Assembly: GCA_021513715.1 (NCBI GenBank) | Contig: CP084167.1 | Location: 1,130,571 to 1,194,570 of the forward strand | Direction of reading: 5' to 3' | Length of the DNA stretch: 64,000 nucleotides | DNA from: Candidatus Heimdallarchaeum endolithica | GTDB taxonomy: Archaea; Asgardarchaeota; Heimdallarchaeia; Heimdallarchaeales; Heimdallarchaeaceae | Notes under the pieces: model-generated | What the model was told of the DNA's origin: nothing | Seen by the model: the letters and a program-made list of their open reading frames with translations, nothing else | The model's database searches: none | In this document: piece by piece, positions 17,640 through 28,510 of the stretch | How the letters are laid out: each line of letters begins with the position of its first letter | How positions within the stretch are numbered: the first letter of the stretch is position 1 | Translations under genes and position numbers: made by a program

Positions 17640-20117
17640 TTAGTTTTCTTGCCTTTTTCTTCTTTGAATCACAACAATTGATTGAATTATGAACAAACTT
17701 GCTGTTATTCCTATTAATGTAACACTGTCAAAACCTGTTTTTTCTGTAGTTTCAGAAACTATGTGTATTTCATATGTTTCTAGGGTCCATTTTGAATTTC
17801 CTAGTTCGTCTTCAGCATATATTCGATAAGTTATATTAGAATTGGAACTAAATTTACCTAATTCTAACTCAAATACTCCAGTTGTAATATTGTAAAACAT
17901 TATATTATCGTGTGTTTCATTTCCTTCTTTTGTTATTAATGTCCAAGAAATATTAACATAATCTCTTCCATCTATTTTTGCCAAGTTAGCTGTTTGGTTT
18001 TCTACTCTAACTTGCACAACAATATAGTATTGGTCATAATATACACTTGTATAGGTAAACTTGTCAGATCCTTCAGCTCTAACGACGACTGTAGGTTTTT
18101 TAATTATTATTGGTGTTTTATCAGAGTATTCAATAACATAAGTATTATTGTTAGATACTGTACTTTCAGACCCATAAACTACTCTAACTCTATAAGTTAT
18201 TTCCATGCCGTATTCCAACTTAGGTATTGAAGATTTGTAGATATAGATCTGACCAACTGATGATACGATTGTCATTTCTACAGATGTCCAATCATCATCA
18301 AAGTTTGACATATAGTCAAGATAGGCAGAAATTAAAAGTTCTGATGGTTTATAGATTTGTGCTGTAACATTTACAATCATTGTATCATCAGGATCTGAAA
18401 CATCTCTTTCAACAACACTTATTGCTGGAGGAACAATATATTTTTCTGATAATGGATGATTATCATAGATTTCAACATCTTTTCCTTCATAATTTACAGA
18501 ATCTATGTAAACTGATTCTTCATTTACTTCATCATAATAATTTCCATGAATTGTGCCATTAGAAACTTCATATTCGAAATTGACTATACAATCAGTTATG
18601 CTTCCGAATTTTCCAGTAATGTTGTAAAAGTTGTTGTGATAAACAATAGAATCATTGCTATCATCGAAAATTATTGCGTTCCCTGAAATATCTTCGAATG
18701 TATTTCCACTTACTTCAAAATTAGGGCTTTCTACTACTTTAATACCACTATCAACATTATTTAACAATCCATCAACAACTTTTGTTGTTTCTGTATCTAC
18801 AACATAAACCCCTAGTTCAGAATTAGTAAATTCATTACCTAATAATAATCCTCCTGAAACAAGAATTAACTCTGTTCCAATGTTTGAGTTGACTATATTA
18901 TTACTTGATAAAGCAGGTGATGTTGAAGACCATATTGATATTCCGATATTAGTTGTAAGGATATCATTTGCAGTTAGGGTTGCTTTGTCAGAATCTTCAA
19001 TGTAAATAGCAGTTTCAGAGTTTACAATTGAATTGGCTATTACATTTATAGATCTTGAATGTTCAATATCTACGGATAATAAAATATCTGTTAGTTTATT
19101 ATATTGAATTGCAGAAGCTCTATTTTCATTTAATTTTATACCAATAGAGCTGTTAGTTATTTCATTGTTTAACACATCAACGTAATCTGATTCTAGAATT
19201 TGCAATGCTATTTCAGTTAAATCGTCTATTGTATTGTCAGAAACTTCAGAATAATAAGTTTCAGACAAGTCGATTCCATACTCACTATTTGACAAAGTGT
19301 TTGTGGATATAGTTACATAACTAGAATCTAGTGTCATAATAGCTTTAGAAGCCTTATCAAAGTTGTTTTCTTTAATTGTAACTTGCTTAGATTGTTGAAT
19401 AGTTATTCCACGATTAACATCAGTAAATTCATTGTCTTCTATTGTTGCTCCTTGTTTTGTTTGATAAATACCAGTTTCTGCAATATTGTTGAAAGTATTT
19501 CCTTTAATTAAAATGTCAGGGCTTGAGGATATCGATACTCCAACATCTAAGTTTTCAAATGTGTTATTTACTAACTGTATTGAGGAATAAGTTAGTGATA
19601 AACCAGTTTCATTATTTTTAAAAGTGTTTCTTGAGATTAAACTGGTCTCTGGTAAAGTCAAGAATTTCATTTCATAACAGTTGTCAAAAACTGAATCAAC
19701 TATTGTAACTTCTGCACTGTTAACGTTAATATCAATGTTTTCAACTATAGAATTATCTATGATAATTTCATTTCCTATTAGACTCTTGATTCTTCCGTTA
19801 TAATCAGGATTTTCTGATAATATTTGACTGTCAGTAATATTCAAAGTATCTCCTACTTCTAAAACAACCTCATTTGTAGCATTTGCTTTAAAGATAACAA
19901 TTGCGTTATAGATTGTTAATTTAGCATTGAAAAGCATAGACTCATTAATGTAAACTGTTTTGCCTTCCCAGATTGTATCCTCAGTAATTGTTTCTCTAAC
20001 AGAAGAATTTTCTTCTGAGCCGATCTGAATAGCAGAAGATGTAATCATTCCCACTGTTATTAAACTTAAAATTATTACAGAATTAATCAGTACTTGTAAC
20101 CGATTTGTAAATTTCAT
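17640..20117 (-). CDS. Large surface protein with right-handed parallel beta-helix (PbH1-like) repeats and a C-terminal TM anchor with a basic tail.
   Basis: Signal peptide. Repeated NxF.N.....G(I/V) units (NTFENLDVGVSISSS, GNTFNNIAETGIY, SGNTFEDISGNAIIF). The C-terminus is TGFDSVTLIGITASLFIIQSIVVIQRRKRQEN. Confidence 0.6.
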   Translation of the reverse strand: MKFTNRLQVLINSVIILSLITVGMITSSAIQIGSEENSSVRETITEDTIWEGKTVYINESMLFNAKLTIYNAIVIFKANATNEVVLEVGDTLNITDSQILSENPDYNGRIKSLIGNEIIIDNSIVENIDINVNSAEVTIVDSVFDNCYEMKFLTLPETSLISRNTFKNNETGLSLTYSSIQLVNNTFENLDVGVSISSSPDILIKGNTFNNIAETGIYQTKQGATIEDNEFTDVNRGITIQQSKQVTIKENNFDKASKAIMTLDSSYVTISTNTLSNSEYGIDLSETYYSEVSDNTIDDLTEIALQILESDYVDVLNNEITNSSIGIKLNENRASAIQYNKLTDILLSVDIEHSRSINVIANSIVNSETAIYIEDSDKATLTANDILTTNIGISIWSSTSPALSSNNIVNSNIGTELILVSGGLLLGNEFTNSELGVYVVDTETTKVVDGLLNNVDSGIKVVESPNFEVSGNTFEDISGNAIIFDDSNDSIVYHNNFYNITGKFGSITDCIVNFEYEVSNGTIHGNYYDEVNEESVYIDSVNYEGKDVEIYDNHPLSEKYIVPPAISVVERDVSDPDDTMIVNVTAQIYKPSELLISAYLDYMSNFDDDWTSVEMTIVSSVGQIYIYKSSIPKLEYGMEITYRVRVVYGSESTVSNNNTYVIEYSDKTPIIIKKPTVVVRAEGSDKFTYTSVYYDQYYIVVQVRVENQTANLAKIDGRDYVNISWTLITKEGNETHDNIMFYNITTGVFELELGKFSSNSNITYRIYAEDELGNSKWTLETYEIHIVSETTEKTGFDSVTLIGITASLFIIQSIVVIQRRKRQEN

Positions 20118-20239
20118 CTATTAAACCTCTTATGTATACAATACTGAAAACATCGACTTAAGAACATTTAAAAAGTTTTGCAAAGCAAATTAAACTTAAA
20201 ATCGATGAATTTTTATATTTAATTTTAAGCAGAAGTCTA

Positions 20240-20713
20240 ATGATTTTTCTTGAGCGAAAACACTACTGTACAAATTGCAAGAAAGAGATTTTTCTATTCA
20301 AATTGACCACAAGAGAGAAGGATATTCTGGAAAAACATACATGCCCAACTTGTTCAAGTGAATTAATATCATATTGGTATGAATACCCTAGGTTGTATAT
20401 TATTCCTATGATAGCTTCAGGCGCATTTTTTATGTTTGCTGTGATTTACTCCTTATTACGTTTTTATCAGGGTATTAAAGAGAGCGTTGATATATTTATT
20501 GCAATAAGTAACATTATCTTTGGTGGATTAGTAGAAATCTATGCTTCAACAAACAGAAAAAAGGTTTTCCCTCCTGAAAAAGAAGATAATTCTTTAGGAA
20601 AACTCTTGATTTTTAGGAAACAATTTGTTGATGTTCTTTTCATCACTGTTGTCAGTTTTGCTATTGTCACTGCATTAAATAGTCTAATCTGGATACTCTG
20701 GACATATATTTAA
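20240..20713 (+). CDS. Membrane protein with an N-terminal zinc ribbon.
   Basis: CTNCKK ... CPTCSS, followed by 3-4 TM segments. Confidence 0.45.
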   Translation: MIFLERKHYCTNCKKEIFLFKLTTREKDILEKHTCPTCSSELISYWYEYPRLYIIPMIASGAFFMFAVIYSLLRFYQGIKESVDIFIAISNIIFGGLVEIYASTNRKKVFPPEKEDNSLGKLLIFRKQFVDVLFITVVSFAIVTALNSLIWILWTYI

Positions 20714-20720
20714 TATTTTT

Positions 20721-21959
20721 TTACTCTAAGTATAAGTTTTTTTCTTTTTCAATACCTTTTGTTGCTAAATAGACTAAAATTAAAGTTAAAGATATAATTT
20801 CCACAATGTAAATTGCCACTTCAAATGTGAATTTTTTAGAAACAACTAGTAGTACTAACCTATATGGCCAATAAAAAGGATTAATTATCAAAGCTGTTGA
20901 AAAAGCAAAGGGATTAACTATTATCAAGAAATAGAAAAAGAAACTAAAGCCAATTGATATTAAGGGACTTAATCTTTCACTTGCTTCTCTTGTTAAATTA
21001 CAATCTACTGCCATTGTCATTAAAGTAGAGAGAAATAGAGCGATGATTACACTCAATATTACTAATAATACATCCCAAAAACCTAACAATTTGAAATTTA
21101 AAGAAAAAATATTAAAAAAGTTTGTATCAGAGTTTCTATTAATAACTAATGTTGCAGCTCCTATTCCCAGAAAGTAAGAAAGTGTTGAGCCTACAGAAGC
21201 TACGACTCCTGTAATAACCTTAGAAATAATTAAAGAACGGTGATTAATTGTATAAGCGAGCATAATTTCCATAGTACGCATTCTTTTTTCTCTTGCGAAC
21301 CCTATTAGACTATTGGATGAAGAGTTTAGTGCAATAAGTAAAAAAATCATATATCCAAGAGGATAGGCAATAATTGAAGCTTTTACACTTAAACTTTGTT
21401 CTCCGGTTCCAGAAGTTGGAGAAACTTGAACTGTTTGAATATCAGGGATAGTTCTATTTGCAATAGCAGAAGTCATAACCTTCTGACAAATGTTATAGAT
21501 AATTGAGATTTGTGTTTGAGAACTAATTGTCTGTTGAGTATCAACAACATACAAACTTGGAGAGGAAGTAAAAGCCAAGGTGGAAAAATTAGAAGGAATG
21601 TACAGTCCTAGATCCTCTGTTTTTAAAATTGCAGAGTAATTGTCAACTAATATTACTGAAACATGTGAATCATTTGATGAATAATACTGACTTAATAAAA
21701 GAACAATTTGATTTCCTATATTCTGTTCCATATAACCTTGATCTTCATTATATATCAAAAGATTTAATGTAGTAGAAGTTGAAAAAAGGGTTGGCAATAT
21801 AAACATAAAAAACATTAATAGAAATGGTCCTCCAAATATGAAAAAAGCAATTTTTTTCCTGAACAATAATGATAAATCTTTTTTTAAAATAGCCTTAAAT
21901 TGTTGGAGGTTTAAGCTTTTTTTATTCAAGGTTTTTTTTGATTTTTGCATTTTAATCAC
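20721..21959 (-). CDS. ABC-2-type transporter permease.
   Basis: N-terminal TM segment, a large extracytoplasmic loop and a C-terminal cluster of 5 TM segments. The gene overlaps the upstream ATPase gene by 8 nt. Confidence 0.55.
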   Translation of the reverse strand: MIKMQKSKKTLNKKSLNLQQFKAILKKDLSLLFRKKIAFFIFGGPFLLMFFMFILPTLFSTSTTLNLLIYNEDQGYMEQNIGNQIVLLLSQYYSSNDSHVSVILVDNYSAILKTEDLGLYIPSNFSTLAFTSSPSLYVVDTQQTISSQTQISIIYNICQKVMTSAIANRTIPDIQTVQVSPTSGTGEQSLSVKASIIAYPLGYMIFLLIALNSSSNSLIGFAREKRMRTMEIMLAYTINHRSLIISKVITGVVASVGSTLSYFLGIGAATLVINRNSDTNFFNIFSLNFKLLGFWDVLLVILSVIIALFLSTLMTMAVDCNLTREASERLSPLISIGFSFFFYFLIIVNPFAFSTALIINPFYWPYRLVLLVVSKKFTFEVAIYIVEIISLTLILVYLATKGIEKEKNLYLE

Positions 21960-22701
21960 CGTTTATTGGAGCTCTGAAGGCTTGAATTATAGCTTCTTCA
22001 AAATTTTCTGTGCTTGAAGCGTACTTCTCTATTAGTTTCTCTTTTTTATCTTGGAAAGTAAGAAATCCATTTTTCATTATTCCACAATATTCTGCTAGTT
22101 CCTCCAAATCTGAGATTATATGGGAAGATAACAGTATTGTTTTCCCTTTTTTAGCGAGGTCAAGAATAATTTCTCGAACATATTTTCCTCTAGAGATGTC
22201 AAGTCCGCTTGTAGGCTCATCTAAAATAAGAAAATCCTTATTTAGAATAATAGTCATAATAAAAGAGATTGCTCTCTGCTCCCCTCCTGAAAGTTTAGAA
22301 AAAGGTTTCAAAAGAAGGTCTGCTGTAATATCCAATCTTCTTAGGTAGTAATTTAACTCATTCTTAACATCATCAAAGTGAATATTATTTAATTCTAGAA
22401 TAAATTTTATATTTTGCATAGGAGTTAGATCATGGTAGGCAGCTGATATTTGAGGTAATAGAGCTATTTTTCCTCTTATCTCTTTAGGCTGAGCGACAAC
22501 ATTAATGTTGTTAATTTCAATTTCTCCATAGTCAGGTTTTAACAATCCTAAAAGTAAGCGAATGGTAGTTGTTTTTCCTGCACCATTAGGTCCAAGGAGA
22601 GCAAATATTGAACCTTTTGGCACAAGCAAATTAACTTTGTTAACAGCTACTTTTTCTTTAAAGGATTTTGTCAAATTTAGAGTCTTTATCATATAAGTCA
22701 T
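21952..22701 (-). CDS. ABC transporter ATP-binding protein.
   Basis: Walker A GPNGAGKTTT. Signature LSGGEQRAISF. Walker B FLILDEPTSGLD. Confidence 0.8.
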   Translation of the reverse strand: MTYMIKTLNLTKSFKEKVAVNKVNLLVPKGSIFALLGPNGAGKTTTIRLLLGLLKPDYGEIEINNINVVAQPKEIRGKIALLPQISAAYHDLTPMQNIKFILELNNIHFDDVKNELNYYLRRLDITADLLLKPFSKLSGGEQRAISFIMTIILNKDFLILDEPTSGLDISRGKYVREIILDLAKKGKTILLSSHIISDLEELAEYCGIMKNGFLTFQDKKEKLIEKYASSTENFEEAIIQAFRAPINGD

Positions 22702-22727
22702 TTAAACCACAAAAAAGAGAGGAAAAA

Positions 22728-24440
22728 TTAAGAAAATTGTCCAACTACTACATCAAAAATAAACCAAACAAAGGAACCCATAATAGAAAGGAATAGCAAA
22801 GCATAGAATCCAATAGTAACAAGCCTATATTGCTTATCATCTTTTACATAAGGTACTACTATAACATATGAAATTGGGATAACTAGAACTAAGAATATAA
22901 TTAGAAGAATTAGATAAAACGAGATGTTAGCTAAAAATTCTATACCAAAGTTTGGTACATAAAGATGAGCAACGAACATTCCAACTACTAAAGCAAGTTC
23001 CATTATTAGGATTGGTACAAGAGTCTGCAAAGGCAGTGCAGTATCTGATTTTTTCCTAGTTTCATCAAATCCTTTATTTAGGAAGTACAATAGTCTAATA
23101 GAAAGAGGGAAAGAAAGAATAACACTGATCCAAGAGAATGCTGTTACAATCATTCCATTAAAGCCAGAATAATCTCCTTTAGTAATAATAGGTCCTACTA
23201 TCATAATTGCAACAATAAAAACTACACTAACTAAAGAAAGAGACTGAAATAGTTGTGATGCAATTTCAGGTTTTCGAAGAGCAGGAGGTTCTTTTTCTGA
23301 CTTTTTCTCAATATAGCCAATAACGTCTATATCATAGCGATGATATTTGATCATTGAATAGACATATGCTGTAACAAGTGAAACAATCATGAAAATTCCA
23401 TCATGTGGAAAAAGATTCCAGGATATCATAAAGGATAGAGGAATAAAGGAAAGGATCAAACTCATCCAAATACTTTGAACTAGAATATAACTTGGTTTTT
23501 TGTCTAGTTTTTTCTCGAGTTTTGCTTCATCTACTTCTTTCTGAAATAAAGATTTTATTGTATAGATTGTTGTCTCAATCTTGAATAAGAGTTTGTTAAA
23601 TACGTTTTTATCTTCAATAAATTTAGACTTTCTTGAAAGCTCATAATCTTTTTCTTTTCTCAAAGCTAGTTTTTCTCTTTTTGTTTTCTTCGTTGTAATT
23701 AGAACAGCAATTGATATTAAAATAAAGGCTATTGGATAAACTAATGAGTAAGTCAGTTGTAATCTATTAAAATCGAATCTAGGTTTTGATAATATAGTGA
23801 AAAATTCTATAAATATTTCCACTCCCCAAACAGTTACAAGAGGAATAAAGGATAAAACAAGCAATCTTCCGCCTAAGAAAGGTACTTTTGCTGAATCTTT
23901 ATGCATCCAGAATTTCCAGATAAGGATTAATCCAACAAGAATAACAAATATGATTACTTCGTGTCCTATAATGAAAGCAACATTATTTCTATTATTTACA
24001 ACAAAAACACTTAGAAGAATAGAAATCAAGGCTATTAAATAAATATAATCAATAACAAACTTCCTTCTAACCAACTGAACTTCATCTTTCGTATTCTTTT
24101 CGGGGTCATTGTAACCCACTATACTTAGTAGCTTATTATAATCGTTTTTAGCCGCATAAAGCAATGGAGCTATTTTCGATATAAAGTAAATAACCATCGA
24201 AGCTAACAAGATTCTAAAACCGAACCCTAGTGCTTGATACATGTACGTAACACTATCCTTCAATGGATCTGACAATAATAATACAGTAGGCAAAAGTAAA
24301 ACTAAACAAAAAGTGTATAAAACTTTCAACCAGCTTGCAATTTTATTTCCTGTATTGATACTAACTCCTAATGCTTCATATCTTAATCTTTGTTCAATTA
24401 ATTCTTGTGGAACTTCATCTAGCGTACTCATATTCAACAA
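22728..24440 (-). CDS. Large polytopic membrane protein with at least 12 TM segments and unknown function.
   Basis: Many hydrophobic segments. Confidence 0.5.
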   Translation of the reverse strand: MLNMSTLDEVPQELIEQRLRYEALGVSINTGNKIASWLKVLYTFCLVLLLPTVLLLSDPLKDSVTYMYQALGFGFRILLASMVIYFISKIAPLLYAAKNDYNKLLSIVGYNDPEKNTKDEVQLVRRKFVIDYIYLIALISILLSVFVVNNRNNVAFIIGHEVIIFVILVGLILIWKFWMHKDSAKVPFLGGRLLVLSFIPLVTVWGVEIFIEFFTILSKPRFDFNRLQLTYSLVYPIAFILISIAVLITTKKTKREKLALRKEKDYELSRKSKFIEDKNVFNKLLFKIETTIYTIKSLFQKEVDEAKLEKKLDKKPSYILVQSIWMSLILSFIPLSFMISWNLFPHDGIFMIVSLVTAYVYSMIKYHRYDIDVIGYIEKKSEKEPPALRKPEIASQLFQSLSLVSVVFIVAIMIVGPIITKGDYSGFNGMIVTAFSWISVILSFPLSIRLLYFLNKGFDETRKKSDTALPLQTLVPILIMELALVVGMFVAHLYVPNFGIEFLANISFYLILLIIFLVLVIPISYVIVVPYVKDDKQYRLVTIGFYALLFLSIMGSFVWFIFDVVVGQFS

Positions 24441-24601
24441 GACTAAAATCTATGAAGTATTTAAGAATTTTTTCGTTTGAATTGTAGTTGAAGTTTTTGA
24501 AAAAAGGTTAAATTTAAACTAAATAAACTATTCAAAAGAATCAGAACAAAATTTGATATAATTGTTACAAAACAGCCTCTAATAATTTTAATAAAAAAAA
24601 A

Positions 24602-25888
24602 TTAATCTATAATATTTTGTCCTTCTTTTGTTGGAAGGAAGAATAATATTATAGAACTTAGAATAACAAAAAATCCACCAACCATTAATCCAGCGCCCAT
24701 GTTATTAAATACATCACCTACCCAAATGACCAATGGTGGAGCAACTAATGAAAAACCTCTAGCTCCATTATAGGAGATTGATGAAGCTGTACTTCGCACC
24801 TCTGTTGGATAAATCTCGCTGAATACTGCACCAAAACTTGCAAAATAACCACAACCAAATGTAAATAAGGCCAAACCAAGATATTTTGCCCATGTTTCAG
24901 TTACCCAGAGATACATTATGATTCCAGAAGATACGACCAAAGAAGTATAACCTATGAAAGTTGGCCTTCTTCCTATTTTATTTGAAATAAATCCAAAAAG
25001 TACATGCCCAATGTAACCTGAGGTTCCCCAGAATAACCCAATCATTAGAGCAGAATCTTTTAGCTTTAAACCATTTCTTTGGAAATATTCAGGTAACCAC
25101 GAATTTATAGAATAGAAGGTCATCATTCCTGTAATTCCAAATAATAAACCTAAAGCAAATGTTTTGAATAGTTTTTTAGAGAAAAGTTCCTTAAAAACTC
25201 TTAATTCCAACTTATCTCCTCTCAGCTCTTTTGATTCTAAAGATTGTTTTTTCTTCCAAGCTTTTGATTCTGGTACAAAGAGGTAGATAAATAAGGCACT
25301 AAAAAGAGCTAGTCCCCCGAAAAGAAAAGCCATTCTCCAACCATGTAGTATTTTTGTTCCTATAACAACATGTGCTGCATCAAAAATTGGTACTATGAAA
25401 GAAACAATTAAAGCAGCGATAAGTTCTCCTAATGGCCAACCCGCTTGTGTTATTGCTATTCCTACATTTCTTTTTTCTTTTGGCCAAATCTCAGAGATAA
25501 GACTTGAACCTAGAGCCCAGACCCCTCCAACACCAAATCCAGTTAGAATCCTAACAACAAACAAAGCTTCAATAGTCCACACAAAAGCTGTTGCTGCTGT
25601 ACAAATACTATATATACTTATAACAAAAATCAAAGTTTTTTTTCTTCCCAAAATATCTCCTAAATAACCAAAAAATATTCCACCTAGACCTGTACCCAAA
25701 AGCTGTAAACCTAACAACCAGCTCTTTGTATGGGAATCTATAGCAAATTCTTCTCCAATTTGTATAATTAAGAAAGTCAAAAGCAAAAAGTCTGCTGCAT
25801 CAAACATCCAAGCCATAACAACTCCAATTAGAGTAAGATATTGTTCCTTAGGAGTATAAGTTAAAGAAAGATCCAACTGTTCAGTCAT
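24602..25888 (-). CDS. MFS transporter.
   Basis: Twelve TM segments. Loop 2-3 motif GYLGDILGRKKTL. Confidence 0.7.
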   Translation of the reverse strand: MTEQLDLSLTYTPKEQYLTLIGVVMAWMFDAADFLLLTFLIIQIGEEFAIDSHTKSWLLGLQLLGTGLGGIFFGYLGDILGRKKTLIFVISIYSICTAATAFVWTIEALFVVRILTGFGVGGVWALGSSLISEIWPKEKRNVGIAITQAGWPLGELIAALIVSFIVPIFDAAHVVIGTKILHGWRMAFLFGGLALFSALFIYLFVPESKAWKKKQSLESKELRGDKLELRVFKELFSKKLFKTFALGLLFGITGMMTFYSINSWLPEYFQRNGLKLKDSALMIGLFWGTSGYIGHVLFGFISNKIGRRPTFIGYTSLVVSSGIIMYLWVTETWAKYLGLALFTFGCGYFASFGAVFSEIYPTEVRSTASSISYNGARGFSLVAPPLVIWVGDVFNNMGAGLMVGGFFVILSSIILFFLPTKEGQNIID

Positions 25889-25966
25889 TTAAACACCTTA
25901 AGTTATACAAGCAAAAAAAAGGGTGTTTTAAGTTTTATCCTATTTACCTCTTAAGAAAAAATAAAA

Positions 25967-26704
25967 CTAGCCTTTATAATTACTTAAAAGTTTTATATGC
26001 TCATCAAGTTTATCTATACAAGCTTCTAAAATTTTTAAACCATTTTCACGTGATATTTCATTTAGTGCTCCTGCAATACCACTTTTTGTAAATTGGTCTG
26101 TACGAGAAGAGAGAAATAGATCACCGATATATCTTCCCCACATAGGAGAAGAAGTTAGCTTCTCAAATTTCTCCTCTTTTACATATTCCTCATAAATTGC
26201 CCATATTACAGACGTCTCCACCTCATCAGCGTGAATAACCTGTGAATGCCCTATTACTTTTTTTAGTATTTGTTCATCTTTCCACCACTCAAACAATAGA
26301 GCAATGAAATCAAATCTATCATTGAAATCACCAATAACCTCCATTATTGAAGAAGTATTTCCTCCGTGACCGTTTACAACAATAATTTTTCTGAATCCAT
26401 GGTGTTTCAGAGACAAGAATATTTCTCGTACTATTGATCTAAAAACATCTGGACTAAACCACAAAGTTCCAGGAAAATTACGATGATGTGATGAAACCCC
26501 TATTGGTATTGGTGGTAAACTGTAAGCTTTAGGATTCTTTTCAGAGGCTTTCTCTGCAATATATGTGGAAATAAGATAATCTGTACCTATTGGATTTTGA
26601 GGACCATGTTGCTCAATACTTCCAAGAGGTATAAGAATAACTGCTTTATCTTTATCTAGACTTTTAACATCTTCCCATGTTAAAAATTGGTAATTATGAT
26701 TCAT
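25967..26704 (-). CDS. Creatininase-family amidohydrolase.
   Basis: LIPLGSIEQHGPQNPIGTD matches the creatininase-family metal-binding motif. Confidence 0.6.
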   Translation of the reverse strand: MNHNYQFLTWEDVKSLDKDKAVILIPLGSIEQHGPQNPIGTDYLISTYIAEKASEKNPKAYSLPPIPIGVSSHHRNFPGTLWFSPDVFRSIVREIFLSLKHHGFRKIIVVNGHGGNTSSIMEVIGDFNDRFDFIALLFEWWKDEQILKKVIGHSQVIHADEVETSVIWAIYEEYVKEEKFEKLTSSPMWGRYIGDLFLSSRTDQFTKSGIAGALNEISRENGLKILEACIDKLDEHIKLLSNYKG

Positions 26705-27092
26705 ATCTCAAAATAGTTAAATCCTTTTAAATATTTTATCTGTTCATTTTTTTTATGTTTTATATTTTTTTATTATTATATTCATTTTACTTTTTTTTAT
26801 AAATAGGCAAAAAAATATTTCACACAATATTCTTATAATTTACTTTCGTTTCTTTTCAATTCTTTTTTGCATTACTTCCCACAAATAGCATATTCTTTAT
26901 TTAGATTTGTACATATTTTTTTTTCTTTGCCTTTTTTCTTCTTTTTTTTCGTCTTTTTGCCTTACTTAACTATTTTCTATTGTTTTTGCAAAATATTGGG
27001 GAGAGAGAACATAAATGAAAAAATCGGAATTTTTAGTTATTTTTTTCTGAATATTTTCATAATCTTTATTAACTAAAAAAATTGAATTTAGT

Positions 27093-27107
27093 TGGGTTTA
27101 ACCCAAG
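27093..27107. promoter_or_regulatory. Perfect 15-bp palindrome TTGGGTTTAACCCAA lying 10 bp upstream of the caspase-like gene start. It is a candidate operator.
   Basis: Exact inverted repeat that is GC-richer than the surrounding 400-bp AT-rich spacer. Confidence 0.3.
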
Positions 27108-27116
27108 TGATAACAA

Positions 27117-27917
27117 ATGAAAAGAAAAACAATCCTTGTGGGTTTTATTGGTTTGTTAGTATTGTTCACATCAATAACGGCAGCTAAAGCTTTAGACGAT
27201 CCTGTCGACAAATACGCTCTTATTATAGGAATAAGTGACTATGATGCAATTAGTGACTTATCATACTGTGATGAAGATGCTACAGACTGGTATAATTACT
27301 TAAACGGAATAGGTTACCAAATAGTATTATTAGGCGATAGCCATCCAGAGAATTATCCTCAATATGATGGATTAGCTACAGAATACAACGTTAAGACTGC
27401 TTGGGCAAACATTCTTGCACAAGCTGATGAAAATGATATCGTAGCATTCATAAGTTCAGGTCATGGAACAGAGGTCAACATTGGTGGAAGAGGCAGATGG
27501 TCTCGTATCTATGTTCAAGCATTATGCATGTGGGACACTAGTGCTGGTCAAAATGGAGAAGATGGTCTAATTTATGACTCTGAACTTAAAGATATGATGG
27601 CACCCTCTGTAAGTAATACATTCATTTTCCTTGATCACTGTTTCAGTGGTGGAATGTCTGAAGTTATGGAAAACGCTAATGCTGCTAAGGTTTATATGAC
27701 TACAACATGCACTGATGATGGTTATGGATATGATGACTCCACACACCAAAATGGAGCTTGGACTTATTATTTCTTAGAATACACGCTAATTGGTGTATAC
27801 GGTGGTTCTGCATCAATGGAACAAACTTTCGATACTGCGCTCTCTGTTTATCCTTATGATGGTGGAGACACACCACAAGAATTTGATGGCAATACTGGCC
27901 TTTTCTTCTATCTCTAA
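27117..27917 (+). CDS. Secreted caspase-like (clan CD, C14/C13-like) cysteine peptidase.
   Basis: Signal peptide. KYALIIGISDY. A His-Gly dyad in DIVAFISSGHG. Catalytic Cys context IFLDHCFSGGM. Confidence 0.6.
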   Translation: MKRKTILVGFIGLLVLFTSITAAKALDDPVDKYALIIGISDYDAISDLSYCDEDATDWYNYLNGIGYQIVLLGDSHPENYPQYDGLATEYNVKTAWANILAQADENDIVAFISSGHGTEVNIGGRGRWSRIYVQALCMWDTSAGQNGEDGLIYDSELKDMMAPSVSNTFIFLDHCFSGGMSEVMENANAAKVYMTTTCTDDGYGYDDSTHQNGAWTYYFLEYTLIGVYGGSASMEQTFDTALSVYPYDGGDTPQEFDGNTGLFFYL

Positions 27918-28001
27918 TGAGATAGAATTTTCTTTTTTTCTTATTTAACAATAGTTAAATTTTTCGGAAAAATTTTTATAATAAGAGACTTTCTTTTTCA
28001 T

Positions 28002-28460
28002 ATGAATGGTAAATATAAATTACTCTCTTATTTGCTTTTGATATCCTGTTTATCAGTTATTTTTCACGTATCAGTAGTAGATGCAGCATCAGTGAGAACA
28101 CTTTCTGTAGATATTCATGAAATTATAATTGATGATGCTTATTATATTGACACTGACATTTATACTTACTTAACAGTTAACGTAGACACTGGTTCAACTA
28201 CAGAAAAATACTATTTAGTGGTAACACTAACTAACCCACTGAATGAAGAAAGTACTGTTATGTATCATGTTTTTACTTCCTTAAAGTCACTAAAGTTCGA
28301 AGTTATCTTTTATAATCATGCCACTGTTTCTGGAGATTATATAGTCGAAGCATCTATAATTGCCAATAATAATGGTTGGTTATCAGTCACAGATGTAATG
28401 ATTTTTGATCCTCCAGGAGGAAGTGAAGGAGATCCGTATGTTGGAATAAAAGTTATTTAG
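28002..28460 (+). CDS. Small secreted FYNHA/FDPPG-domain protein, paralog of 10774-11259.
   Basis: Signal peptide. The blocks DDAYYID, VIFYNHA, GDYI, NNGW and IFDPPGG are conserved with the ORF at 10774. Confidence 0.6.
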   Translation: MNGKYKLLSYLLLISCLSVIFHVSVVDAASVRTLSVDIHEIIIDDAYYIDTDIYTYLTVNVDTGSTTEKYYLVVTLTNPLNEESTVMYHVFTSLKSLKFEVIFYNHATVSGDYIVEASIIANNNGWLSVTDVMIFDPPGGSEGDPYVGIKVI

Positions 28461-28510
28461 AAAATTATTTTTTTCTAAACTACCATTAGCCCTTTCAGGA
28501 GACAAAATAT

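Noticed and set aside
26867-27076. 69-aa ORF of Phe-rich low complexity.
   Set aside because: It lies in a poly-T, AT-rich intergenic spacer and is a translation artifact.
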